The translations under genes were made by a program, and so were the position numbers. From Syncephalis fuscata S228 (taxonomy: Eukaryota > Fungi > Zoopagomycota): a DNA stretch of 64,000 nt. Below are positions 13,765 to 26,214 of the stretch, piece by piece. Below the pieces are notes generated by a model that was given only the letters and a program-made list of their open reading frames with translations, did no database searches and was not told the DNA's origin. The stretch lies in NCBI GenBank assembly GCA_025786725.1, contig JAHLTZ010000024.1, forward strand, positions 124,001 to 188,000. The letters run 5' to 3'. How positions within the stretch are numbered: the first letter of the stretch is position 1; each line of letters starts with the position of its first letter.

Positions 13765-16700
13765 ATGACATCTCCCCTACTGCCCTATGCAAGATGCGAT
13801 TCCCCCGTTGCTTTCAATAATGAAAACAACATGGGACGCGATACCCAAAGAATCACCGAAGTAAGTGGATTAATGTAAAACAATGTGGCAATTATAGCTA
13901 AATTTTATTAGGTGTGTCAACAATTCTTTCTAAATGAGGAAATGCCGGCTGGCCATTTATGGCAATGGTCGGTTTCCGAATTGTACGGCGTCATGATCGG
14001 TATGTTTCGTCGTCTTGGCATCTTCCCTGACACGATGCCAGTGGCTGAGGGGGCCTTAATTGCTTTCTTAGACGATGTGTGCGCTGGCTATCTAGAAAAT
14101 CCATATCATTCATTTGCTCATGGTGCAGATGTTGCATCAGTTGTGTATGATTTTCTACATATGCCACATGCTATGACATGGCTTACACCTCTCGACCGTG
14201 TATCAATGATGATCAGTGCACTTTGCCATGACATTGGCCATGTAAGTAGTGGAATATAGTCGATATTAATAGACAAATAACTAATCATTTGTTTGTTATA
14301 TAGCCTGGTTTAAATAACGTCTATCAAGTCAATGCCAACACAAATTTGGCACAGCAATACAAACAAGAATCCGTCCTTGAACGCTACTCATGCGATGTGA
14401 CAGCCGATTTGCTACGCAAGCATGATTTGCTTCGCTGGATTCCACAGTCATTTGCTGACATGGAGACGCAAGGTCACGAGGAAGAATCTATAGCCGAAAA
14501 GACCGATTCGGATAATACCGCTGCTGATAGCAAAGAAAAGCGCACACCAGCCGACTATATATACAAACGTATTAACGACACGATTCTTTATACGGATATG
14601 AAGTTTCATTTTGAGCTGCTGGATCAGCTTCATCATCTAGTAGATGAGCTGCACGGCTGCGATGTTTGTGAAGGCGACGAAGATGATGACGAAGATGATG
14701 ATGCATTAAGTACAGCAGCCGAAGAAGAGGAGATGGAAAGAGAAGAAGATAGCATGACCAGTGATAACGACGATGATACCAGCAGCGTTAATAGCGATAA
14801 ATTGTTCGGTCCTAGCTATCTGGAGTCGCAGTTAAGCCGCCAAAGTAGCGATGCAAGCGAACAACACAACACATCAGCCACAGCGTCTGGTCCACATACT
14901 CAATCGACCACTACGCATACACCGGCCGATATGCTACCCACTGTCTGTTTATCACCGGCTCAACGCAGCACTCTCTGCTCTATCATACTCCATGCGGCCG
15001 ATATTTCCAACACCGCTCGTCCATGGGCCGTCTTTAAATGGTGGAGCCATAGCATTAATACCGAATTCCGCCACCAAAACCAACGTGAACGCGACGAAGG
15101 TCTTCCCCTATCGCCAGGACTTGACCGTCCCGCTGACGAGGAAATGACCGGCAATATTGAGTTCGCCGAACTCGTCCGTCCCTTCTTTGTTGGTCTATCT
15201 GAACTTATTCCAGAAATGAGGCCATTTTTACAGAACTTGGACGCCAACGTGCAACGTCTACGCGTCATGGAGAATGCTAAACGCAATGCGCATTCAAAGT
15301 CGCCTCTTTCTCCACTATCGCCACGTCGTATTGGCGAACGTCGTGTTAGTTTGGCCGCTGGCCATCTTCTGGTACCAGCCGACTGGCAAAACCGACTTAT
15401 TCGTCGCCGCAATACATTGGCGCATATGGTAACACGCCGTAGCTCATTACGACGCACCCTTAGCCGTCCTGGTTTTATGACATCGTCACGTTCATCATCT
15501 ATAGGCGCTAGTGCCACAGATGTTACACGCGGATACACTGGCGGTGGTCGAATGGACCAAGATGGCATAATAGATAGAAACGAATCATTTATTCTTACAG
15601 GTAATATTACACATGGTATTCCTACAACACTTAGGCCATCGCTGGTCATGCGTACAAATAGCGAGGCAGAACTGCGTGCACATCGTCTACGTCGTGCCAC
15701 AGTACCATGCTCTACCGCATACAATCGTCCCAGCGCTGATGCATATACTTACTGTGATCCACGCGCCGACGAATTAGAGCACCGCACCGCTCAACATCTA
15801 AGCCAATCACTTATGGCCGATGTCAGCGCTGCTGCCATCAATTATCAAATCAACGAAGATTACGTTATGCAACCAAAGCCATCAGCTGCGTCTACTGCAC
15901 CTAATCCACTGTCTTTGACACAGTCATTAGCTGCAACACTTCCGCTTTTATCGGAAAATACAATCAATGATGCCATTTACCCGGCAATGCCTACTGTTGC
16001 ACCTTCGTCCTTCTCCTCTGTCTCCTCCTCCGAAACTGCTACGGCTAGTTCGTCCATTACCCGTCACTCGGTACCACTGTCTATTCCGGCTCCTTCCTCT
16101 TCGTTGCGAGAATCACGTCGCGGCAGCGCTGTTGCGCCACTTAGCATACACACTGCCGTTAGCACTACGGAAGACCATATGGCCGATCACCGCCACACCA
16201 AATCACTGCGTATCGACACGGCCACCACTAACCAAAGTAGCAATGGCAGTCACTATGACTATGAACATCTTTCAAGTGCCACTCCAACCAGTGATTTATT
16301 TTCACCAACATCAACCCACTACTTACAGGAAGAAGATATTAATGATCACGACAATGATTTATCTACCACGCATTGTGAGGCTTCTTCGGTACGCAACTAT
16401 AATATAGGGGAAAAGCGAATGCGGGGTGGTGAGAGAGATATTGAGGAGTAGAGGGAAGGGGATGTGAAGGCAAAAGGACACGCTTTGGACTTGTATGTAT
16501 ACTTATATGTTATGGCCATTTTCTCTATTGTTATTATTATTATTTGTATAGCCCCGTGATGCTTTGACCAATTTATGTTTACGTACACTATCACGTGCCG
16601 CCCGTGCACTTTCTTGGCTACCTTTGACCGTCAACGCTCAGTATCGCAGTCCACTGGCTATGTCCAAACCATCACAGCCTACTACTCCAACCAAGACACC

Positions 16701-16776
16701 CAAGTCAGCAAAAACCGCATCGCTCCATTCGAGAAATAGCTCGTCGCGATCAGCTCAAGTATTTACGGCTCTATGA
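13765..16776 (+). CDS. Class I (HD-domain) 3',5'-cyclic nucleotide phosphodiesterase with long disordered C-terminus
   Basis: NPYHSFAHGADV, ALCHDIGH|PGLNN, TDMKFH, HAADISN; exons 13765-13860, 13912-14241, 14304-16388 and probably 16552-16776 (stop at 16451 if the last intron is retained). Confidence 0.9.
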
Positions 16777-17628
16777 TGGTCATTAATCAGCAAAGGACTT
16801 GCGGTGTAGCTATCAAGACAACGACCATGATGATAATAACAACAACAATAATAATAATAACGATGACAATAATGACGATTTTATGCTTATATTGCCGCGT
16901 TCTTATATTTTCTCGCGCTTTTTTTCGTTCTATTACTATTCCTACCGCGTTATCGCCTTATCCATTTTCTGTCTCTTACTTTCACTTCTATGTATTGATG
17001 CGGACATGCACGTAAATAGATGGATTTGGATTTGGATTTTATGTGTGCTTGGTTTATCCATCTAGCTATTTATTGACATGTGCCTTTACTCTTTACACTT
17101 CTACTTCTACTCTTTTCTTTGCTACTCGATTGCTTCGTTTATTCTTGCCATCCGGTTACTGTTACACGGCCATGGATCCATGGTACTATTTCTGCTATTA
17201 TTTACCGTAATTTTATAGCCGTCTTGTGTATAGCATGGTGACGCTGTAAATTACAGTAAATAAGAAAAAGATGGAAATAGTGAACGGATGAGACAATGAG
17301 CTAAGCGATGTAACGAATATTCAGATATATATATAACTAGATGTAGAACAAATGAAACAATATGCATTGGCTGTTCAGTCTAAGCTATCTTTTACTATGG
17401 TTGTTATTTGCAGTTTTATTGAATATCTACTATAAATCATGTATTCCATTTTTAATATACTTTAATTATGTAATGTAGCTACTGTTATAACAAATGAATA
17501 CTACGTACATTCAATGTTAGGTGTCATTAACATTATACAGTTTATATTTTATTACCAAATTATTCATTAGTTAGTGTTATTTGGTGGTCAAATGACTAGT
17601 TTTTGTAACATTCGCGCAACTGAACTAC

Positions 17629-18585
17629 ACATTCAATCTATTGAACATGGGGACAAGTGGTGAGTTTTATTTAATCATCACATCATCACATTGTTTGTTT
17701 TTTGGTGGTCAAATGACTAACATTTAATAACATTCTTTTATTGAACATGATGATGGGTGGTGAGTGACATTAATCATCAAATACTCATCATCATAGATTC
17801 ATTATCCAATATGCATATATTCAGTGTATATATATCCTCTATTCACCTATATCATTCCCATTCTATTCTATACTACTATATAGCATTATACAATATACTA
17901 GACTCATTTTATTGTTTATATGTCCCAATGTACTTTACTCATTCCACTCATTGCGCTATATACACTATAACTTTGACATAATTTTTATACTTTCTTACTA
18001 TATATTTATCATTTTGTATATCATTCTATACTCGCCTAGTCTTTTTCTATCCAAAACTGTTTCTATTTTTATTCTAGCTTTATTATTCATAAATGTCGAC
18101 TAATTCCATTCATTGCTCATGCATACATACTCAATAACTTTAACATAGCTAATCGTCATTGCACACCGTATATTCTTTATATTGTATATCGTTTTATCGT
18201 CTAGTATACACACACCATCTATTGCAGTCGTCCTTTTTGTTCTAGCTTTATTATTAATAAATCTCACTTTATTCGCCCCATTCATTCAGCAAATTATATG
18301 TAATTGGAATTTATAACAATAAATGTATTCAGTATAGCATTTTATGCTATATAATAGTATAGTATACAGAGTTAATGATTTATATATACTGAATATATGC
18401 ATACTGGATAATGAATCTATGATGATGAGTATTTGATGACTGATGTCACTCACCGCCCATCATCATGTTCAATAAAAGAATGTTATTAAATGTTAGTCAT
18501 TTGACCACCAAACAAACAAACAATGTGATGATGTGCTGATTAAATAAAACTCACCACTTGTCCCCATGTTCAATAGATTAAATGT
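17629..18585. mobile_element. Foldback/MITE-like element with about 205-bp terminal inverted repeats, non-coding
   Basis: 17629-17835 is the reverse complement of about 18380-18585 with few mismatches; modular sub-repeats TTGGTGGTCAAATGACTA and TATTGAACATG; further copies in the window. Confidence 0.85.
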
Positions 18586-18856
18586 TGACACGATTACCAC
18601 TGTTACTAACACCATGTTATTAGCCTACATGACTAAAACCGCCATTTACTTACTTTTTCTCTATGCTGCGTTCTCGCGACCGCTTTAGCATATGTTACAG
18701 CTGGCAATTCGATCTTCGTCTTATCGATTCTATTTTATTCTGTCGTCAACTATGTTTAATAAACAACAAAAAACTCATTTATTCCATTTTTAAATACTAT
18801 TTGTATGGTGCCATTTCTTTATTACTGAATATATTTGAAACATTAAAGTCTGTTAA

Positions 18857-20605
18857 TTATAAGGATTTTGGCGATAATGTAAGCTGTTCTAGTCCTATAT
18901 CATCAGGTGATACTGTCACGGTGATTGTTTTAGGCGACGAGACAAGGACGTGACGGCTATCTGGTTCAGAAGGCGAATTTAATATCATTGCGGGAGTGCT
19001 ATTTGATTCTGTCGCCGATTCTGGTATCTTGCCAACAATGCTATCTGTGCTTGAATCATGCTGTGACGACATACTACCAATACTTAGTCGACTAGCTGCT
19101 GTCTTTCGTCGCCAGTGCTGTGCGGCATGAATCTAGGCATTGTCGCATTATTAGCCATGCTAATGTATAATGTAAAATATTATATAGATGACTTACAACT
19201 GTGACAACACTACTAATACGTCGAACTGCATGGCGTACATCTTCCTCCGTAACTTCAATGCGCTGGCAGTTTTCTTCATAAGGTATAAGCGGTAGTCTGC
19301 CATCATCAGTCACCCAGGCGTGTTCACGTATCTCCTCCATTTTCATTCTATGCTCTGACTCCTTATTAAGCATACCTTCAAGTAATGCAACAAGGCGCGG
19401 GTCGGCATCCTCATAAGGAATTGATAATGGTGTTTCTCGGATGGCCGAGTAAACATCAAGGATTGATTCGCCAACAAAAGGCAAGCGTCCAAAGCATAAA
19501 CAGAACAGTGTTACGCCCATTGACCAAATATCGGCGGCTTTACCTGAATAGTTATGTCGTTCAACGCTTACAAGCTCCGGGGCCATAAAAGCTGGGCTAC
19601 CGGCTGTGCGCTTCATAGTATCGTTGCCATGTTCAAACATTTCCGATACGCCTAGATCAGCAATCTTTAGCTCTCCTTCTTGTGATAGCAGCAAGTTGTC
19701 TGGTTTAATGTCTCTATGGACAATATCGTTCTCATGTAGATATTCAATGCCCAAAACTAGATCGCCGAAATATTTACGAGCTTTATCAACTGGTAATGGA
19801 TCACGAATTTGATTAAGCGAAATCTCCATTAGAGTTCCACCAGGGCACATTTCAAATACTGTTAGCAGTATTAATGTTGTTATTAAAAACAATTGATTAA
19901 TTAATATTATTTTAAATGTTATTATAGTCATGCCAATAAATGTAACTTACCCATAAATAACGTATCGTGTTCGGAATCATCAAGTACTTCGTAGAGATGG
20001 ACAACATTTTTGTGAGCTAGTTTTTTGTAAATAGCCATTTCTTTACGAACAAGTCGCAATGGATCGACCTCTTCTTCTTCTTCTTCGCTACGCATCGAGC
20101 CGGCCATAGCAGTGGTATTCTGAAAAGGCTCTGACTCGTTGTTTTTATCATCGGACTGTGTGCCGCTTGAGGCACCAGGCATAGGAGGGGGACCAGACAA
20201 TAAAGATCGTCCGCGACCACGGCCACGGCCACGCATAAATGGAGTTGGGCGGCCTCGAGCACTACGTAGCTGTTGCTCGCGTACCCGCCGACGTAGTCGA
20301 TGTTTACTAAACTGCTTTATAGCCTATAGTTATACGTATACACGCAAGCATACAAGTCATTTATTCATTCATTCATTTATTCATAAACATGATTCATTAT
20401 ATACATATTATATTATAAAAAGATATCCATACATGTTTTATGTTTTACTTACATATTCCTGTTTGGTACGTTGATCTACACCAAGCCGCACTACACCAAA
20501 CGAACCTTGACCAAGCTCTTCTTTAATCACATACTGATTAAGCTTGTAGGTGCCATCTTCGGTTTCCGTGTAGTGAGCACTAGTTGTTTCCTTAACTGTC
20601 GTCAT
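18857..20605 (-). CDS. Ca2+/calmodulin-dependent protein kinase kinase (CaMKK/Ssp1-like), multi-exon
   Basis: LNQYVIKEELGQGSFG, Arg/Pro-rich insert after subdomain II, HRDIKPDNLL, D(L)GVSEMF, TAGSPAFMAPE. Confidence 0.9.
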
Positions 20606-22133
20606 GACATGCAGCTGAAGAAGCAATCCAGTAGGCAGGGCGTAATTTAAAAGATAAAAGTGGTTTAGTAGACTGCAGAGTAGTAAAAGGTAAAGGTTTA
20701 TACTTGATTAAAGCACACGGGTCAGCAAAGATGCCAAGTAGGCCGATTTTGCATGTGTGTGAAATAAACGTATATTTGGCAACTAACGAGTTTATTTGAT
20801 AAATTCGTCATAATTTACTACTGATATGTATCAAATAAACATGTAACAAAAATAATAACAATAGCTAGCTGGTTGATAAAATGCTAGTATAACAGACAAT
20901 TTATATATTCATGCTTTGTATTGATCGTGAGGATAGAAATAAATCATTGTCGAAACAATGGCTATCATTTAGATAGACAATAATAGGCTGGACAAGCAAT
21001 GATTTATGTATAAAAAAGTAAATGATATTACAATGTAAATTATGTATTTATGCAGCAACAATGACAATTGTGCAATAGACAGACAATGTATTATTAATAA
21101 ATGCAGCAATACTTTGAATTATAATATAATATTAAAATACAACTATGTTGTCATATACTATAACATTAATATTTAACCACCTATTCTTGGCGATATACTT
21201 TAGATGTAGACATTCAAGTTATAGAAACCCGGCGTATAATGTAGTATTAACGTTGTTAGTTACATAGGCTATGAAAACAATATCATTAAGAGTAGACAAA
21301 ACTGTCATTCGATTGTTGTTGATTGACAAGCTAATGTTTTTGAAATAGCATTTATGATTTATTTAATGGTACTACAATACCAGTAATATATTGGCGATTC
21401 TATAGCGTATCAAAATAGTTTATTCTTTTTAAATATGATAAAACGAGTAAAAGCCAAATAACGCTTCACAAAGTTTAATAGCTATCATATAATTTAATAT
21501 ATTTAATTACATTTAACTTAAATTATATGGCTGTTAGTTTAATGCCATTTAATGGTGTATTTAATGGTTTATATAAAGTATTCATTGATCATTGGATTAT
21601 TACTGCTTAATAAACTTGAATAACATACCAACAATGTTCCAATGTTATTTAATAATATGTTGGATGTTAATGGGGATGATACCACAATGCTATTAGTCGC
21701 AATAATGATGCTGATATTGATATTGGAGTAATAGTAACATTATTGGCGGCTATATCAACTGTAGCAACATAGAATTAATAAAGAAATGACAATAATGGCA
21801 TTAGTATTAGTTTACTAAGTACATTAACTGTATTAACACATTGGCAATAACACCATTTGTATTAACCGCTATACAATTCAATAGCTGTGTGGACTAACAG
21901 TATTGCGCTAATCTAAGTAGCTACACATATGCTACTTGTCATTTAGCCTATCCACATTGTTCTGTAGCATTTACCTACAATCATTTGGGGTAAAAAGAAT
22001 ACTAATAATCAAATCAAACCAGCATTTAATACGGCGATTTTAGCCAAAATATCAAAAAAACAGCAGCTACGTCCGCAAGATGGTTGTAGAGCATCCAGTT
22101 CGTCCAGACAAGACAGAAACGGAGCAAAAAGAG

Positions 22134-22219
22134 TCCGAAAACCCGGATTTGAACCAGGGACCTAGAGATGACGGTTTAGGCACTACAGTCTCCCGCTCTA
22201 CCAACTGAGCTATTTTCGG
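22134..22219 (-). tRNA. tRNA-Tyr(GTA) with 13-nt intron
   Basis: CCGAAAATAGCTCAGTTGGTAGAGC GGAGA-CTGTAG[TGCCTAAACCGTC]A-TCTCT...GGTTCAAATCC...TTTTCGGA; 73-nt mature length; downstream T5 Pol III terminator. Confidence 0.95.
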
Positions 22220-24193
22220 ATAAATTGTAGTCAAAAATCACTATTTTATAGCAAAAGTGTGTGGCTAGTTTATAATTTGATTTTTAAATGCCAATACAGC
22301 TTATGGTAATTCAGGGGTGGTTTATAGTTAGAAAACACAATAAAAGCAGTGGCTAATTATGATATTTTTGTTGTTTAGACATGTTGAAGTGCACACCATT
22401 AGTTTATAATAAGTAACATACATCGGTTTAACCAGTAAATCGATAGCACTATGTATAGTCACATATATATATATAATATACTAATAAACATCAAATAGCA
22501 ACTGGTTGCTAATATGTATTAAAATACAGTGTTTATTTAATGCCTTGTTTAAAACTATGGCTTACAGTAACTATGCTATTAGTTGATGGATGATGGTTAA
22601 ATTATTGGTTATTAACAAATGTTATTAAAGCTAATTAATGACTATTGGTTTATAGGCAATCAAGTATTTAAAAATACATTATACGCACCAATTATTACTG
22701 AATTTGACTAAGCGTATTAATTAATGTCACATCAATCTTTATTTAACTATAATTTATATTAATCTATTGGTTAGTATGTGTCTCGTCTATCACTCATAAC
22801 TTGTATGAATGTGCAATATTGTTTACATTATATTTAATTATTTATCAGGTGGGTAAATAGCTATGCAGTCAACAAAAACAAATGTTTAATTAACATTGAC
22901 TGTCATTGGCTAACTTCAATAATTGAATGCTGGCTAAAGCAATGCTGGAACATTGCCAATCCAAGCTTCTCATTTAATGTAACGTAAATCTGCTAATTAC
23001 CAAAAACATTGTGTGTATTTGAATGATAGTCAGTAAGTTTAAATAGTAAGTTATAGTAGTGCTAGTATTTTGTAAAGTATATGCCAACACAACCATTGCT
23101 CAGTATCTGCGCATTATATAGCTATCTACAATACACACTGTCTACCAATTCGTCTACTTATTATTCTGCATTATGTTAGCCATCGTTAGTGCTATATAGC
23201 AGCAATATGTCCAATGTTATTCTCATTGCTGCTGTAATAAAATATAGTGTTGTGGCACGACCACTTAATCAGCAATTTTGCTTGATATGTGCTATACCAG
23301 TCTGCCTTTTAGCAGCATGTTACCCACTTGTTAACAATCAAAATACATACAGCTACAGTTTTAAATAGTTTAATTATAAGTAGTGTATACACTAGTATTA
23401 TTGTAACAATGTGCTTGCTCAGACTTGGAGTTTCGAATGTATGGACAGAAATACAGTGTTAGCGGTTGTCTATGAATATGTGATAAAGATAGGATGAAAC
23501 TGCGGCTAAGGCATAAAGTTGCTAGTAATTTGCTCACTATATTCAGCTCTATCGCTTTTTACAGTAAACACAGACCTGGAGTTGTTTGGTTGCACACATT
23601 CTGAAACAGGCTAATATTCCACGGAACTGGCAGTTTTAGATTGAAACATTGGCCGCTATTTCTATGAACATACATTATTTTATTAAAACCTGTGATGGCT
23701 ACAGCCAACGTAGCACATGATTACTCATATCAGCAATATCAGCTTATGGGTGGCTATACTGCTAGAGGTATAGTTTAGAATTGCTAAGTTAGTACGGTAA
23801 ATGGTATTGCATGTGTAGCATTGGAATAGAGTATTGGCTGAACACTATGCATTTAAATAGTGCTGATAAACGTAACTTTATTTCATTAATGCAGCAATAA
23901 TTATGCATACTAGCTATGCAAAGTCATTTATTTGAACCTGATGTCTGGTAAATAGACCATTATAAACAACTAATCAACACTTTACTCGTACAGCCAATAA
24001 GACCTACATCTATTGGCTACTCTTGCATTAGTTTTTATAAATCCTGGTATTCGTTAATCATTATCAGGGCCTTAACTGGTACTCAAACACAATACTGGGG
24101 TATTCTAAGAAACCAACAGGCCTTTAGAGTAGCACATTGCTGGTCAGAGCAATTTGCGCATTATGGTCACATTCATGTAGTACGAGAAGACAT

Positions 24194-24230
24194 ATAGTCG
24201 ACGTCGACTATGTACTCAAACAGTATAAAA
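24194..24230 (+). promoter_or_regulatory. 18-bp perfect palindrome followed by a TATA box upstream of the LPMO gene
   Basis: ATAGTCGACGTCGACTAT (24194-24211); TATAAAA at about 24224-24230. Confidence 0.45.
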
Positions 24231-24406
24231 CTCGTTAAATGTATCAATAAATTAGCAATAAACATCCACAATTCAACTGATTCACCTACCCAATACTTTA
24301 CTGAGTTTTACTCAACGATCCAAATCGCAACAGGTTGCAATACGACTTTCCACCAACAACAGTACTCATAACTTGCTGTTTTCTTGCTAAATTACTATCA
24401 ACAATC

Positions 24407-25074
24407 ATGGTTTCCTCGATAACATTATTTTTGCCGCTGTCATCGGTCTTGGTGCTCTTGAAGGCGTGCTGGGCCACGTAAGCCTAGCAAAACCCATTCC
24501 ACGTGGTAGCTGGAACAATCCCAAATATCCAGTTGACTATAACTTGGAGGCTCCACTGAACAATGCGCAATTTCCCGGCGACCTTCCTTGCCGCCACAAG
24601 CAACGAGGCCCAGTCATGGCAACATACAGAGCTGGCCAATCAATTAATGTCAATTTTAAATTCATCAACAAGCACAAGGGCGGTCACTGCCAATTCGGCC
24701 TGTCTTACGATAACGAGAACTTTGTAGTGTTGAAGACCGTCTTTGGCAACTGCTTTGATGTAGATAGCTACACCGTTCCACTTCCTGCTGGCACCAAAGG
24801 TGGCGATGCCGTGTTTAGTTGGAGCTGGGTAAACGCTGAAGGTAATCGCGAATACTACAATAACTGTGCCGACATCCATATCGATGGCCCGTCAAATGGC
24901 AGTGTCACAGGCCAGATAGTAATGGTTGCCAATATGCCAAACACGCCCTTCATTGACCAGTGGATCTATGGCAAGGGCACTGATGGCCACGAATTCTACA
25001 AACAATGTCCAGTCATTACTATTCCATCTGGTGCCCAAGCACGCGCCGATGGTCGTGTTAATGATCGTTATTAA
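24407..25074 (+). CDS. Secreted AA11-like lytic polysaccharide monooxygenase (chitin-active type); apparent 1-nt frameshift in the signal peptide
   Basis: Signal ...FAAVIGLGALEGVLG|H gives His1; HKGGHCQFGLSYD; WSWVNAEGNREYYNNCADI; ATG at 24407 is one base out of frame. Confidence 0.75.
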
Positions 25075-25469
25075 TGTTGCACTAACGATATTCAATAGTA
25101 CAGATTACCATGCTAAATAGAGATACTATTAAAAATAAATATTTGGCGAACATGTAATGCACAGAAATAATGTATCCCATTCAATGTATAATAGTGTGCT
25201 TTTATATTTACTTGAACATAAAAGTAAAATACAAGCACACTGACGATAAAGCCGCCGATAATTGTAGTATGTATTTAATTACTTGCATTATATTTGTAGC
25301 ATATTAAAATGGCTGCATTTGATACAACTAAATCTGCATTATCCACCTTGACAATAATGGCAGTGGCTTAGTTGGCTAGTTGTTTTATTCATTTATACCA
25401 ATACTACTACGCTATGTTGTGTTTCATGTTACATTGTTATATATTTTGTTTTTATTAGCAATTTATTAT

Positions 25470-26214
25470 CATTTGATGGTCAAATAACTATAGTGAATAA
25501 TATTCGTGTAAATGAACTAGACATTTAATTTATTGAACATAATGATGGGCGGTGAATGACATCAATTATCAAATATTCAACATTGTAGATTCATTATCCA
25601 GTATGCATATATCCACCACTTATCTATATCATTCCCATTCTGTACCACACTATTATATATCATTTTATATTACACTGAACACATTCTATTGTTTATATGT
25701 TCCAATACACTCCACTCAGTCCACTCATTGGATTATTTGTGTTATAGTTTCAACAGCGTTATTTATACTTGTCTATTGTACATTTATTCTATTTATATCA
25801 TTATATTGTATAGTATCAACACGTTATTTAAAACCGTTATTTGTTTAATACTAACTTGGTTACTAATAAATTTAAATTATTACGTTTATTTGCTCATGCA
25901 TATATGTACCATGTAACTGTCTGGTAATAAATCAAGTAATGCGAATCGACTATGGCTTTGATGCCAGTAGAGCAGATCGACGAGTATGCATGGCAATATC
26001 AAGTTCAAGTGAAGTAGGAACGCGATGAATTGATGAGTATGCAATAGAAAAGAAAGCTAAAAATCAAACAGCGTACAGCAATAACATAGTATTGCAATGA
26101 CGATATATGCGTACTAGATAATAAATATACTATAATAAATATTTTAATGATTGATACTATTCAGCATTTAGTTTCATGTTCAATAAAACGGATATGTAGT
26201 TAGTTGCATAAAAA
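25470..26214. mobile_element. Diverged copy of the foldback element family
   Basis: Left arm homologous to 17580-17900; reverse TIR remnant CATGTTCAATAAAA...GTAGTTAGTTGC at about 26176-26208. Confidence 0.7.

Noticed and set aside
14960-15724. 254-aa antisense ORF and similar shadow ORFs over the lipase, SPT5, MET30, TOM40 and MEF2
   Set aside because: They overlap well-supported genes on the opposite strand or frame and have no recognisable domains.
17757-18103. Duplicated ORFs (also at 31396-31742 and 25552-25916) as a gene family
   Set aside because: They are AT-rich Ile/Tyr/Leu reads within the foldback repeat, mostly with non-ATG starts and no motifs.
21520-21760. Possible Tc1/IS630 transposase remnant on the minus strand (YHPH...EHCW)
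   Set aside because: The spacing does not match PYxPxLNPIExxW and there are many stops; the evidence is insufficient.
24478-24497. GTAAGC donor as a rescue for the LPMO frameshift
   Set aside because: Splicing here in the ATG frame would eliminate the essential N-terminal His; a 1-nt indel is simpler.
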